NCBI GenBank assembly: GCA_963737655.1
Contig: CAVTTN010000002.1
Coordinates: forward strand, 6,784,001 to 6,848,000
Reading direction: 5' to 3'
Length of the DNA stretch: 64,000 nt
DNA from: an uncultured Planctomycetota bacterium
GTDB taxonomy: Bacteria; Planctomycetota; Planctomycetia; Isosphaerales; Isosphaeraceae
In this document: piece by piece, positions 1 to 7,953 of the stretch
Layout of the letters: each line of letters begins with the position of its first letter
How positions within the stretch are numbered: position 1 is the first letter of the stretch
Translations under genes and position numbers: made by a program
The notes under the pieces: model-generated
The model's input: only the letters and a program-made list of their open reading frames with translations
What the model was told of the DNA's origin: nothing
Databases searched by the model: none

Positions 1-187
1 CGGGGCGTCGCCAATGACCGGATCACGACCTCTCGGGCCAGGCTAACCTACGGGCAGGGAGCACCAAGGTGGAGACGGCCGGGAGGCCCGCGCCACACTC
101 AGGCTACGCCGCGCCGGGTCGGCGGGCAAGTCGTCCCCGACCCCCGTTCACGCCCCGTCGGGAGCGGACGAAGGCCGCAGGATGGTT
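1..187. mobile_element. 380-bp non-autonomous IS110-derived element, copy 1 (cut by window edge)
   Basis: Matches the right part of the copies at 2655, 5521 and 7159; ends GGATGGTT directly before the AAC of attC1. Confidence 0.9.
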
Positions 188-282
188 AACCTCGCGCTGC
201 AGCGGACCCGGCCCGCCGCGGCGATTTTTCTGCTATCATGGCCCTTCTCGGCGGGCCGGTCCGCTGAGCTTTGGCGTTAGGC
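184..282 (+). repeat. attC site 1
   Basis: GGTTAAC...GCTGCAGC...GCTGAGC...GTTAGGC with an internal inverted repeat. Confidence 0.9.
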
Positions 283-299
283 GGCTCGGAGGTCTGCAA

Positions 300-566
300 G
301 TGCCACGGCTTCGGTTCACTCGTGCAGAAGCTGAGGCCGAAGCCATACGATTGGCCACAGAGTTCGTCGCCGCGATGCCTGGCACTGAGTCCGCCCGATG
401 CATCGGTGCCTCCGCCGACCCCTTCACGTCGAGAAGTACAAGCAGCAAGCATCCCGTCATCTGGGCCGTTGGTTTCGTCTTTCACCCACCCGAAGTCGTG
501 ATGGACGGCGGCGAGTTGTTTGTCGGCGTTAACATCGAAACCAAGGCCGTAACAGCACATGAATAA
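300..566 (+). CDS. Cassette hypothetical protein (88 aa)
   Basis: GTG start after GGAGG just downstream of attC1; stop shortly before the next R'' box. Confidence 0.7.
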   Translation: MPRLRFTRAEAEAEAIRLATEFVAAMPGTESARCIGASADPFTSRSTSSKHPVIWAVGFVFHPPEVVMDGGELFVGVNIETKAVTAHE

Positions 567-743
567 CCGCCGTGCGACCGCCTCCCCGTGAACTCTTCGC
601 GCCGGCGGTTCGGCATCGGTTGATACTATGTGGGCATGATCATCGATCGGCCCGCATCCCCCCCGGCCCCCGCGACGACGGGGACGGCCCGATCCGGCTC
701 GGCGGGGCTTGCGGTCGGGCGCCCCGCCTCCGACCCGTCGCCC

Positions 744-2096
744 TCACGACGGCGGCGACGGCGGCGACTTCGCCACCAGCTCGTAGCCCAGCGACCTCGC
801 CTTGCGCCGCAGCGACCGCTCCTGCTTCGCGCGCACCTCGGCCTCGTACTCCGCCAGCGACCTCGACACGTACTCCTCGCCGTGCCTGAGCATCCGGTAC
901 ACCAGCCGCGACAGCTTGTGCGCCGTCGCCGTGATCGCCCCCCGGCCGCCGATCCGGCCCTTGATCCGCCGGTAGAACTGGCCCGTCGCCGTCGCCGTCC
1001 GGCCCGCCGCCTGCGCCGCCATCCGCAGCGCCTGACCCACCCGGTTCTTGCCCTTGCGGGGCGTGCGACGCCGCTCGGTCTTGTTGCTCCGGTCGGTCCG
1101 CGGGCAGAGGCCCAGCCAGCTGGCGAAGTGCTTCTCGCTCGGGAACCGCCCCACGTCGCCGCCGAGCTCGGCCAGGATCACCGTCGCCGTCGTCGCGTCG
1201 ATCCCCTCGATGGCCGTCAGGTCCACGCCGATCGCCCGGGCCAGCTTGGCCGGGGCGTCGAACCGCACGTCGTTGGCCTTGCGGCCGCGCTTGCGGGGCC
1301 TCGCCGCGATCGGCCGGCCTTCGGAGCGGTCGGGCAGGCGGTCCAGCTCCTCGGCGATCCGGGCGTCGCACTCGTCGACCTGGCGGTGGAGGTAGTGGTA
1401 CAGGTCGGACGCCTGCCTCAGGGCGAACAGGTGCTCGGGCCGCCAGGTGCCCTCCAGGGCCCGGGCGATCTCCGCCTCGTCCCGGGCGCACCGCTCGTGC
1501 CGCAGCGCGGCCAGCTTCGTGGCGTCCCGCTCGCCGGCGAGGATCGCGGCGATGATCGCCGTGCCGGTGACGCCCGTGATGCTGCTGACGACCTCGGTCA
1601 GCTTCACATTCATCTGCTCCAAAGCCTTCTGCATGTGCTGGACGTGGTGCGAGGCGTACCGCACGAGCATCTGCCGCTGCCGCCAGTAGCCGCGCAGGGC
1701 CAGGACGGCCCCGGGCGGGCGGAAGGACGGGCGGAGCAGGCCGCACGAGTGGAGGCGCTGGAGCCACTGGCAGTCGAGCCGGTCGGTCTTGGGCCGGGCG
1801 CCGCAGTGGCTGGCCTGGCTCGGCTCGATGAGGAAGACCTCGAAGCCGCGCGATTCGAGCAGCTCGAACAGGGGGATCCAGTAGACGCCGGTGGACTCCA
1901 GGACCACCGAGGTGACGCCCTCGGCCCGGAACCAATCGGCCAGGGCGTGGAGGTCGGCCGAGCAGGCGCCGAAGGTGCGGACCCGTCCGGGCCCGACGCA
2001 GGCGACGTGGTTGTCGGAGTGGACGTCGACGGCGGCGGCGTGGGGGTGGACGACCGGCAGGGACGCGTCGGGATCGGGGGGCGTGCGGCGACTCAT
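744..2096 (-). CDS. IS110-family DEDD transposase/recombinase (450 aa)
   Basis: AAVDVH, LESTGVYW and KTDRLD (DEDD RuvC-like) motifs plus C-terminal LTAIEGID...FASWLGLCP..RS motif. Confidence 0.95.
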   Translation of the reverse strand: MSRRTPPDPDASLPVVHPHAAAVDVHSDNHVACVGPGRVRTFGACSADLHALADWFRAEGVTSVVLESTGVYWIPLFELLESRGFEVFLIEPSQASHCGARPKTDRLDCQWLQRLHSCGLLRPSFRPPGAVLALRGYWRQRQMLVRYASHHVQHMQKALEQMNVKLTEVVSSITGVTGTAIIAAILAGERDATKLAALRHERCARDEAEIARALEGTWRPEHLFALRQASDLYHYLHRQVDECDARIAEELDRLPDRSEGRPIAARPRKRGRKANDVRFDAPAKLARAIGVDLTAIEGIDATTATVILAELGGDVGRFPSEKHFASWLGLCPRTDRSNKTERRRTPRKGKNRVGQALRMAAQAAGRTATATGQFYRRIKGRIGGRGAITATAHKLSRLVYRMLRHGEEYVSRSLAEYEAEVRAKQERSLRRKARSLGYELVAKSPPSPPS

Positions 2097-2130
2097 GGCG
2101 AGGGCTCCGGCGGGTGGGGGGCCAAGCCGT

Positions 2131-2295
2131 CGCGGGCCGAGAGGGGGTCCGGGGACGAGGTAGTCTCCCCGACGGGAACGTCGCGGGGCCGTGTTGACAC
2201 GGCGCCGCGGGTCACCAATGATGGGGCCACGGCCTCTCGGGCCAAGCTAACCTGCGGGCGGCGAGCACCAGGGAGATGACGGCCGGGAGGCCCGC
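2131..2295. ncRNA. Predicted bridge/seek RNA region of the IS110 element (boundaries and strand approximate)
   Basis: Non-coding region upstream of the transposase with conserved stems and two parallel modules carrying CTCCCCG (element end) and CTAACCT (attC target). Confidence 0.65.
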
Positions 2296-2363
2296 GGCGG
2301 CGACGCCGATCGTACCGCGCCCCGGTTCACGTCCGTCGGGGAGCGGTCGCAGGCCGCGCGGAG

Positions 2364-2463
2364 AGTTAACCTTGCGCTGCAGCGGACCCGGCCCGCCGCG
2401 GCGGTTTCTGGTAACATCAAGCCTTCACTCGGCGGGCCGGTCCGCTGAGCTTGGTCGTTAGGC
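2364..2463 (+). repeat. attC site 2
   Basis: AGTTAAC...GTTAGGC, same family. Confidence 0.9.
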
Positions 2464-2494
2464 GGCTCGGCAACCGGTCGAGCCGGGGAGGGGG

Positions 2495-2662
2495 ATGCGA
2501 TGCCCGTTCGGCCGTTCGCGCCTCGTCGCCGTGCCGGTCGTCGCGTCGCCGTGCCGGTCGTCGCGTCGCCGTCGGCCGCGCCCCGCGTCGTCGCCGCCCG
2601 GGGTGGCGCGCGTGGTCGCCGCCGGCGGTCGTGCCCCGCGCGGTCGCGCCGCCTCTTCGTGA
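2495..2662 (+). pseudogene. Small, probably decayed cassette ORF with a 20-bp tandem duplication
   Basis: ATG after a G-rich RBS; GTCGCCGTGCCGGTCGTCGC x2 at 2525-2564; stop TGA supplied by the inserted element. Confidence 0.35.
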
Positions 2663-3034
2663 ACTCTTTGGCTGGGAACGGCCATCGACGCGCGACACTA
2701 CCCCAACCCCAGGCTTTGTGGCCGGGCAGCGGCGAGGTCCGGGTAGCAAACCGACGGATTCAAGAGCGGCGGACGAGGCGCGGGCCGAGAGGGGAGTCGG
2801 TTACGTTTGCAGTCTCTTCGACGGGAACATCCCCGCGAGTCGGCTCGCGGGGCGTCGCCAATGACCGGATCACGACCTCTCGGGCCAGGCTAACCTACGG
2901 GCAGGGAGCACCAAGGTGGAGACGGCCGGGAGGCCCGCGCCACACTCAGGCTACGCCGCGCCGGGTCGGCGGGCAAGTCGTCCCCGACCCCCGTTCACGC
3001 CCCGTCGGGAGCGGACGAAGGCCGCAGGATGGTT
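2655..3034. mobile_element. 380-bp non-autonomous IS110-derived element, copy 2
   Basis: CTTCGTGAACTC...GGATGGTT between CGCCT and AACCT; homologous to the IS non-coding region; no transposase. Confidence 0.9.
2778..2940. ncRNA. Predicted bridge/seek RNA region in the 380-bp element (shared by the other copies)
   Basis: Modules CTCTTCG-ACGGGA...TCGCCA (2814) and CTAACCT-ACGGGC...GCACCA (2890); hairpin CCCCGCGAG/CTCGCGGGG. Confidence 0.6.
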
Positions 3035-3129
3035 AACCTCGCGCTGCAGCGGACCCCACCCGCCGCATCGGTTTCTGGTAGATTCAAGGTCGCTCGTGCG
3101 GGTGGGTCCGCTGAGCTTGGCCGTTAGGC
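3031..3129 (+). repeat. attC site 3
   Basis: GGTTAAC...GTTAGGC. Confidence 0.9.
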
Positions 3130-3360
3130 GGCTCAGGAGTCGAAGCCTTCGGTCGTGCTCGTCGTCGGCCTCGCCGGTCGCGCCTCGGCTCGACGACGCC
3201 ATCGGTCGGGCCCCTGGAGTCGGCCTCGGCGGTGGTGCGCGTCGTCGCCCTCGCCGGCCGCGCCCCCGAGGTCGGGCCCGTCGGCCGGCGCCCCCTTGCC
3301 AACGCCGTCGGTCCGTGCCAGGATCGTCGGTGTCGGCGCGTGGGGCGTCGCCGGGGCGCC

Positions 3361-3460
3361 GCCTAACCCGGCGCTGCAGCGGACCCGGCCCGCGGTCGAC
3401 GATCACTCTCCTCTCAATCTCGCCGGGCGCGGGCCGGTCCGCTGAGCTTTGTCGTTAGGC
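3361..3460 (+). repeat. attC site 4 (uninterrupted; closes a ~230-bp cassette with no convincing ORF)
   Basis: GCCTAAC...GTTAGGC. Confidence 0.92.
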
Positions 3461-3485
3461 GTATTAGGTCGATCGGAGGCTCTGG

Positions 3486-3896
3486 ATGCGCAGTAGAGTC
3501 CGCTATGTCAGTGGTTTGCTATCGCTGTCCGTGCTGATCTTTACCTCGTGCAGCCCGGAGCGACCGGCGGGCAGCGAGGCGGACGCGTGGCCATCCGACC
3601 AAGAGATCCTCGCCTACCTCGATGGCAAGACGATTTTCGAGCCCACGCCTGCCTCATCGGAGAAGGGAGGTAGTGTACCCCCGAAATCCTTCTTGCTGAA
3701 GGCAGGCAACATTTCCTCCTTGGAAGTGAAGAAGTCGGGGGTTGCTGTCTCGGGCGAGCCTTGGACGACGCCGATCCATTTCATCCTCGACGAGGGGGGG
3801 CGTAAATATGCCGTTGATGCCAGCGTCGATCACCGGAAAGTCGATAATAAACGGGCCTTCTTCGGGCTCAAGGCCGAGCGCATCGCTGAGCAGTGA
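3486..3896 (+). CDS. Cassette-encoded putative lipoprotein
   Basis: GGAGG RBS, basic/hydrophobic leader and lipobox-like FTSC. Confidence 0.8.
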   Translation: MRSRVRYVSGLLSLSVLIFTSCSPERPAGSEADAWPSDQEILAYLDGKTIFEPTPASSEKGGSVPPKSFLLKAGNISSLEVKKSGVAVSGEPWTTPIHFILDEGGRKYAVDASVDHRKVDNKRAFFGLKAERIAEQ

Positions 3897-3897
3897 C

Positions 3898-3998
3898 GCC
3901 TAACCTCGCGCTGCAGCGGACCCCGGCCACGGGCCGCGCTCCCTCTTCCCTCAAGCTCACTGGTCCGTGGCCGGGTCCGCTGAGCTTTGGCGTTAGGC
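3898..3998 (+). repeat. attC site 5 (uninterrupted)
   Basis: GCCTAAC...GTTAGGC. Confidence 0.92.
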
Positions 3999-4014
3999 GG
4001 CAGAGGAGATTGGG

Positions 4015-4545
4015 ATGACCACCTCACCCCGTGACCGCATGCGGATGATCGTCGGCGATATCACGACACTAGCCGTCGACGCCGTCGTCACGGCCGCCAA
4101 TGAGTCCCTCCTCGGCGGCGGGGGAGTCGATGGCGCCATCCACCGAGCCGCCGGCCCCGGGTTGCTCGACGAGTGCCGCACCCTGGGGATCTGCAACGAG
4201 GGCGAGGCGAAGATCAGCGGCGCCTATCGCCTGCCCGCCAAATACATCATCCATACCGTCGGGCCGGTCTGGGAGGGCGGCCACTACGATGAGGTCGGCA
4301 CCTTGCGGCGGTGCTACAGGGCCTGCCTGGAATTGGCGGAGGGGCGCGGCGTCGAGTCGATCGCCTTCCCATGCGTCGCCACGGGCGTCTACGAGTTCCC
4401 GAAGGACCTGGCCTGCGAGGTCGCCGTCGACGCCGTGCGCGAATGGCTGTCGGACCACGACCTCCCGAAGCAGGTGGTCTTCTGCTGCTTCGAGGAGTCG
4501 GATGCCGCGCTGTACCGTGACCGCCTCTCCGCGGCCATCGCCTAA
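4015..4545 (+). CDS. Macro domain protein (YmdB-like O-acetyl-ADP-ribose deacetylase)
   Basis: GDIT, AANESLLGGGGVDGAIHRAAG, IIHTVGP and SIAFPCVATGVY motifs; stop TAA inside R''. Confidence 0.93.
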   Translation: MTTSPRDRMRMIVGDITTLAVDAVVTAANESLLGGGGVDGAIHRAAGPGLLDECRTLGICNEGEAKISGAYRLPAKYIIHTVGPVWEGGHYDEVGTLRRCYRACLELAEGRGVESIAFPCVATGVYEFPKDLACEVAVDAVREWLSDHDLPKQVVFCCFEESDAALYRDRLSAAIA

Positions 4546-4638
4546 CCTGGCGCTGCAGCGGACCCGGCCCGCCGCGGTAGTTTCCGTGCTATCATCGGTC
4601 TGCTCGGCGGGCCGGTCCGCTGAGCTTGGTCGTTAGGC
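4540..4638 (+). repeat. attC site 6 (uninterrupted)
   Basis: GCCTAAC...GTTAGGC. Confidence 0.92.
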
Positions 4639-4661
4639 TCCGAAGTCGGAAGGTGAGTGCG

Positions 4662-5528
4662 ATGCAACAAGCTTCACAACCAAACGCGATGCAGCAACCC
4701 ATAAAGGAGTTGCTCAAGGCGATAGCCGAACAGTCGAATCCGAAGCAACTCAGGGAAGCCTTATTCGAAAAGCGGTTGCTGGCGCGGGCCTTCGCCATCT
4801 GCCCGGATGCGGAACAAGCCGCGAAGTTAACGGACATCGTGTTCAAGCGACTCAGCGACTTGGATAAACAAGTTGAATTGGCACGGGCTGAATGGGACGA
4901 ATTCAAGAACAAGGCATGCACAGACTGGAAGAGGGTCCGAGCGGAGATCGAACACGAGAATCTGCTCATCAATCACCGTTTGGGATGGTTATTTACCTCA
5001 CAGATTTTCCTGCTCGGAGGTTTTGCGGCGGTCTTTCAGGCTTCTCTCAAGGAGAACCTACTCACCAGTTCGCTCCCAGTCCAGGTTGTATTATTAGCGA
5101 TATCAGTCGTCGCCGTTTCAATTTGTGCATTTGTGACTGCTTCTGTCGATGCAGCTCATAAACAGATTGAATTCTTGGAGAATTGGTGGTTCGCTCACTA
5201 CCTGAGCAAAAAACTGAAAATGATGGATATCTTCTGCGTCGAAAAATTGACAGATCACCCTCCAATCAACGGTATTTTTGATGAATGGTTGTACACTATC
5301 CTAAGTACGAAATGGATGCCAGTACCGATCGCTCTAGGCTGGCTCGCCTTGATGTCTGCAGTATTCTTTGAGAAGATTTTGAAGATCGAGCAGCCTGTTG
5401 TCCCAACGGTTGCCTCGACCACCGTCGTGTTTGGGCTGGGTGTCGGGCTCTTCTATTTTGCGACGTTGCGGCGCAAGCGTCCGAATCGCAAAGTTGGTTC
5501 CTGGAAAGAGCCCGCCGCCTCTTCGTGA
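4662..5528 (+). CDS. Cassette membrane protein (4 predicted TM), possibly RipA-like family
   Basis: Visibly lower GC; IEHENLLINHRLGWLFTSQ motif followed by hydrophobic helices; family call from recall only. Confidence 0.7.
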   Translation: MQQASQPNAMQQPIKELLKAIAEQSNPKQLREALFEKRLLARAFAICPDAEQAAKLTDIVFKRLSDLDKQVELARAEWDEFKNKACTDWKRVRAEIEHENLLINHRLGWLFTSQIFLLGGFAAVFQASLKENLLTSSLPVQVVLLAISVVAVSICAFVTASVDAAHKQIEFLENWWFAHYLSKKLKMMDIFCVEKLTDHPPINGIFDEWLYTILSTKWMPVPIALGWLALMSAVFFEKILKIEQPVVPTVASTTVVFGLGVGLFYFATLRRKRPNRKVGSWKEPAASS

Positions 5529-5900
5529 ACTCTTTGGCTGGGAACGGCCATCGACGCGCGACACTACCCCAACCCCAGGCTTTGTGGCCGGGCAGCGGCG
5601 AGGTCCGGGTAGCAAACCGACGGATTCAAGAGCGGCGGACGAGGCGCGGGCCGAGAGGGGAGTCGGTTACGCTTGCAGTCTCTTCGACGGGAACATCCCC
5701 GCGAGTCGGCTCGCGGGGCGTCGCCAATGACCGGATCACGACCTCTCGGGCCAGGCTAACCTACGGGCAGGGAGCACCAAGGTGGAGACGGCCGGGAGGC
5801 CCGCGCCACACTCAGGCTACGCCGCGCCGGGTCGGCGGGCAAGTCGTCCCCGACCCCCGTTCACGCCCCGTCGGGAGCGGACGAAGGCCGCAGGATGGTT
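5521..5900. mobile_element. 380-bp non-autonomous IS110-derived element, copy 3
   Basis: One visible difference from copy 2 (TTACGCTTGC vs TTACGTTTGC); same insertion point. Confidence 0.9.
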
Positions 5901-5997
5901 AACCTCGCGCTGCAGCGGACCCCGGCCACGGGTTACGTTTTCTCTTCTCCCAAGCTCACCGGTCCGTGGCCGGGTCCGCTGAGCTTGGTCGTTAGGC
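5897..5997 (+). repeat. attC site 7
   Basis: GGTTAAC...GTTAGGC. Confidence 0.9.
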
Positions 5998-6021
5998 GGC
6001 TTTCCCCGGTGAGGCCGACTC

Positions 6022-6420
6022 GTGCGCATCAGCATCCCACGCCTCCCGGTCGCGCTCGTCATCCGAGCGGATCGGCGGCCCCGACGGCCGATCAAGCCGA
6101 GGTTCACCCTTCGTGGCATGATGCTTGCCGTGCTCGTCGTCGGGCTGGTGCTCGCGCTGTCGCTCCACGCGGCGAGGTTGCAACGGGCTGGCAACGACCA
6201 TGCGGCGCGAGCGGTCCTGCTCGCCCCGGGCGCCGGCACGATGCCTCCGGTCGTGGGCTGGCACAACGCGAGGGCGAACGCCCTCTTCGCGGCCGCCTGG
6301 CGCTGGCACATGGCGGTCACCACGCTCGTTGTCAGCTCGGCCGCCTTGGGGTGTATCGCGGCCATCGGCCGGTGCGTCGCTTCTGCGCCCCGGCCCTACG
6401 GTGGGTCGGAAGGCGCCTGA
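6022..6420 (+). CDS. Cassette membrane protein with RFTLRGMM leader motif
   Basis: ORF fills the cassette; stop TGA in R''; two hydrophobic segments; start uncertain. Confidence 0.65.
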   Translation: MRISIPRLPVALVIRADRRPRRPIKPRFTLRGMMLAVLVVGLVLALSLHAARLQRAGNDHAARAVLLAPGAGTMPPVVGWHNARANALFAAAWRWHMAVTTLVVSSAALGCIAAIGRCVASAPRPYGGSEGA

Positions 6421-6512
6421 CCTCGCGCTGCAGCGGACCCCGCACCGCCGCGGCGCTTTCTCTGCTACCATGTCGTTGTTCGGCGGTGCGGGTCCGCTCA
6501 GCTTGGGCGTTA
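6415..6512 (+). repeat. attC site 8 (R'' GCCTGAC; R' split by a MITE)
   Basis: GTTA at 6509-6512 continues as GGC at 6661 after the insertion. Confidence 0.85.
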
Positions 6513-6658
6513 TTGCCCTTCAGGTTGTCCGGTTCCGGACGATCCCCGGGTGGCCGGGGGCTCGTCCGCGAGACCCCGGTCCCGCGGGGTCGGCCGACCG
6601 GGGTCTCGCCGGCGAGCCCCCGGCCACCCGGACAGGAACCCAACAATCTGAAGGTCAA
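6513..6658. mobile_element. 146-bp palindromic MITE with TA target-site duplication
   Basis: TIR TTGCCCTTCAGGTTGT / ACAATCTGAAGGTCAA (14/16), internal perfect 19- and 13-bp stems, TA at 6511-6512 and 6659-6660. Confidence 0.8.
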
Positions 6659-6685
6659 TAGGCACACTCACACACGGCATCACGC

Positions 6686-7147
6686 ATGAGCACAGGAAAC
6701 ACAAAAGCCGTCAGAGATTCCGAGACGTGCTGGGAACTTGATGAAGAGTTCATGTTGTATGCCGCGACCATTCCAGACCCGCCGAAGGCGGGTGCGGCCA
6801 CGACGGTGAGGCTCACGCATCGGAGCTCCTGCGGCCCGTTCGACTTCGCTGAATTTTTCGTTCGTGTAGGAAACTCGGCCAAGTCGAACGCCCCGCGCGA
6901 TTCGGATTCGACGACAGATTGGATTCAGGCGCGATTGGTCGAGGAGTTGGTCACCGTCGCTGAGGAAGAGATGCATCGTTCAGAGGCGCAAGAGCCTTTC
7001 GATGACGAGACACTTTGGATCGGGACTTACGAGGCCGACTTAATCTTTCCCGTCGGGCAGAGTTCCATCGAGATCAAGATCGTCAGCCAAGAGCCAGAGA
7101 TGCTCGGGTCATTCGTGCTGACGGACTGGGAGGTGACGGTTGGATGA
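6686..7147 (+). CDS. Cassette hypothetical acidic protein (153 aa)
   Basis: ORF fills the cassette between attC8 and the next R''. Confidence 0.75.
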   Translation: MSTGNTKAVRDSETCWELDEEFMLYAATIPDPPKAGAATTVRLTHRSSCGPFDFAEFFVRVGNSAKSNAPRDSDSTTDWIQARLVEELVTVAEEEMHRSEAQEPFDDETLWIGTYEADLIFPVGQSSIEIKIVSQEPEMLGSFVLTDWEVTVG

Positions 7148-7158
7148 GCCGTGCGCCT

Positions 7159-7538
7159 CTTCGTGAACTCTTTGGCTGGGAACGGCCATCGACGCGCGAC
7201 ACTACCCCAACCCCAGGCTTTGTGGCCGGGCAGCGGCGAGGTCCGGGTAGCAAACCGACGGATTCAAGAGCGGCGGACGAGGCGCGGGCCGAGAGGGGAG
7301 TCGGTTACGCTTGCAGTCTCTTCGACGGGAACATCCCCGCGAGTCGGCTCGCGGGGCGTCGCCAATGACCGGATCACGACCTCTCGGGCCAGGCTAACCT
7401 ACGGGCAGGGAGCACCAAGGTGGAGACGGCCGGGAGGCCCGCGCCACACTCAGGCTACGCCGCGCCGGGTCGGCGGGCAAGTCGTCCCCGACCCCCGTTC
7501 ACGCCCCGTCGGGAGCGGACGAAGGCCGCAGGATGGTT
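7159..7538. mobile_element. 380-bp non-autonomous IS110-derived element, copy 4
   Basis: Appears identical to copy 3; same insertion point. Confidence 0.9.
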
Positions 7539-7634
7539 AACCTCGCGCTGCAGCGGACCCCACACCGCCGCGGCGCTTTTTCTGCTATCATGCCTGTCTC
7601 GGCGGTGCGGGTCCGCTGAGCTTGGTCGTTAGGC
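7535..7634 (+). repeat. attC site 9
   Basis: GGTTAAC...GTTAGGC. Confidence 0.9.
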
Positions 7635-7644
7635 GGCTCTCCCT

Positions 7645-7953
7645 TTGGGCGTCGAGGATCATACGTTCTCTGTGCGAATCGTCTCCATCGAGCGACTCCG
7701 CCTGCGGAATGGGTCGTCGCTGCTCCTCCTTGGCCTCGACATGACGTACCTTCAAGCGGCGCGGTCTGGTTGTCCGGGTGCCAAGGCACGCGTCGTATCC
7801 GGCGATGCCGTCACGCCAGTCCGGGGCACCCTGGCCTTTCAGCAACCACTCGACAGCCTCGCGACCGTGAGCGTATCTTCACCTGAGTCGATCATCGTCG
7901 CTGTCGGCGACACGTTCGAGTTCGAGCGAGCCGACCCCGCCGCCTCCCCGTGA
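7645..7953 (+). CDS. Cassette hypothetical protein (~100 aa)
   Basis: ORF fills the cassette; in frame with the former R'' TAA; start uncertain. Confidence 0.55.
   Translation: MGVEDHTFSVRIVSIERLRLRNGSSLLLLGLDMTYLQAARSGCPGAKARVVSGDAVTPVRGTLAFQQPLDSLATVSVSSPESIIVAVGDTFEFERADPAASP

Larger units (their letters stand above)
584..2367 (-). mobile_element. Complete IS110-family (IS1111-like) insertion sequence in attC R''
   Basis: Transposase ORF; inverted repeats AACTCTTCGCGC (591-602) / GCGCGGAGAGTT (2356-2367), 11/12 match; removal restores CGCCTAACCT. Confidence 0.9.

Noticed and set aside
621..629. TGATACTAT extended -10-like motif in the IS left end (also ~7983)
   Set aside because: Points antisense into the transposase 3' end and is degenerate in the 380-bp element; cannot be supported as a promoter
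584..2372. Alternative IS boundary 584-2370 flanked by CT direct repeats (7-nt/3-nt spacing)
   Set aside because: The empty site would lack AACCT, unlike intact attC sites; disfavoured but only a circle-junction sequence can exclude it
2451..7632. Repeated ORFs METAGRPAPHSG.., LRELFGWERP.., NSLAGNGHRR..
   Set aside because: Chance GC-rich frames through the 380-bp element with variable starts and ends; no protein motifs
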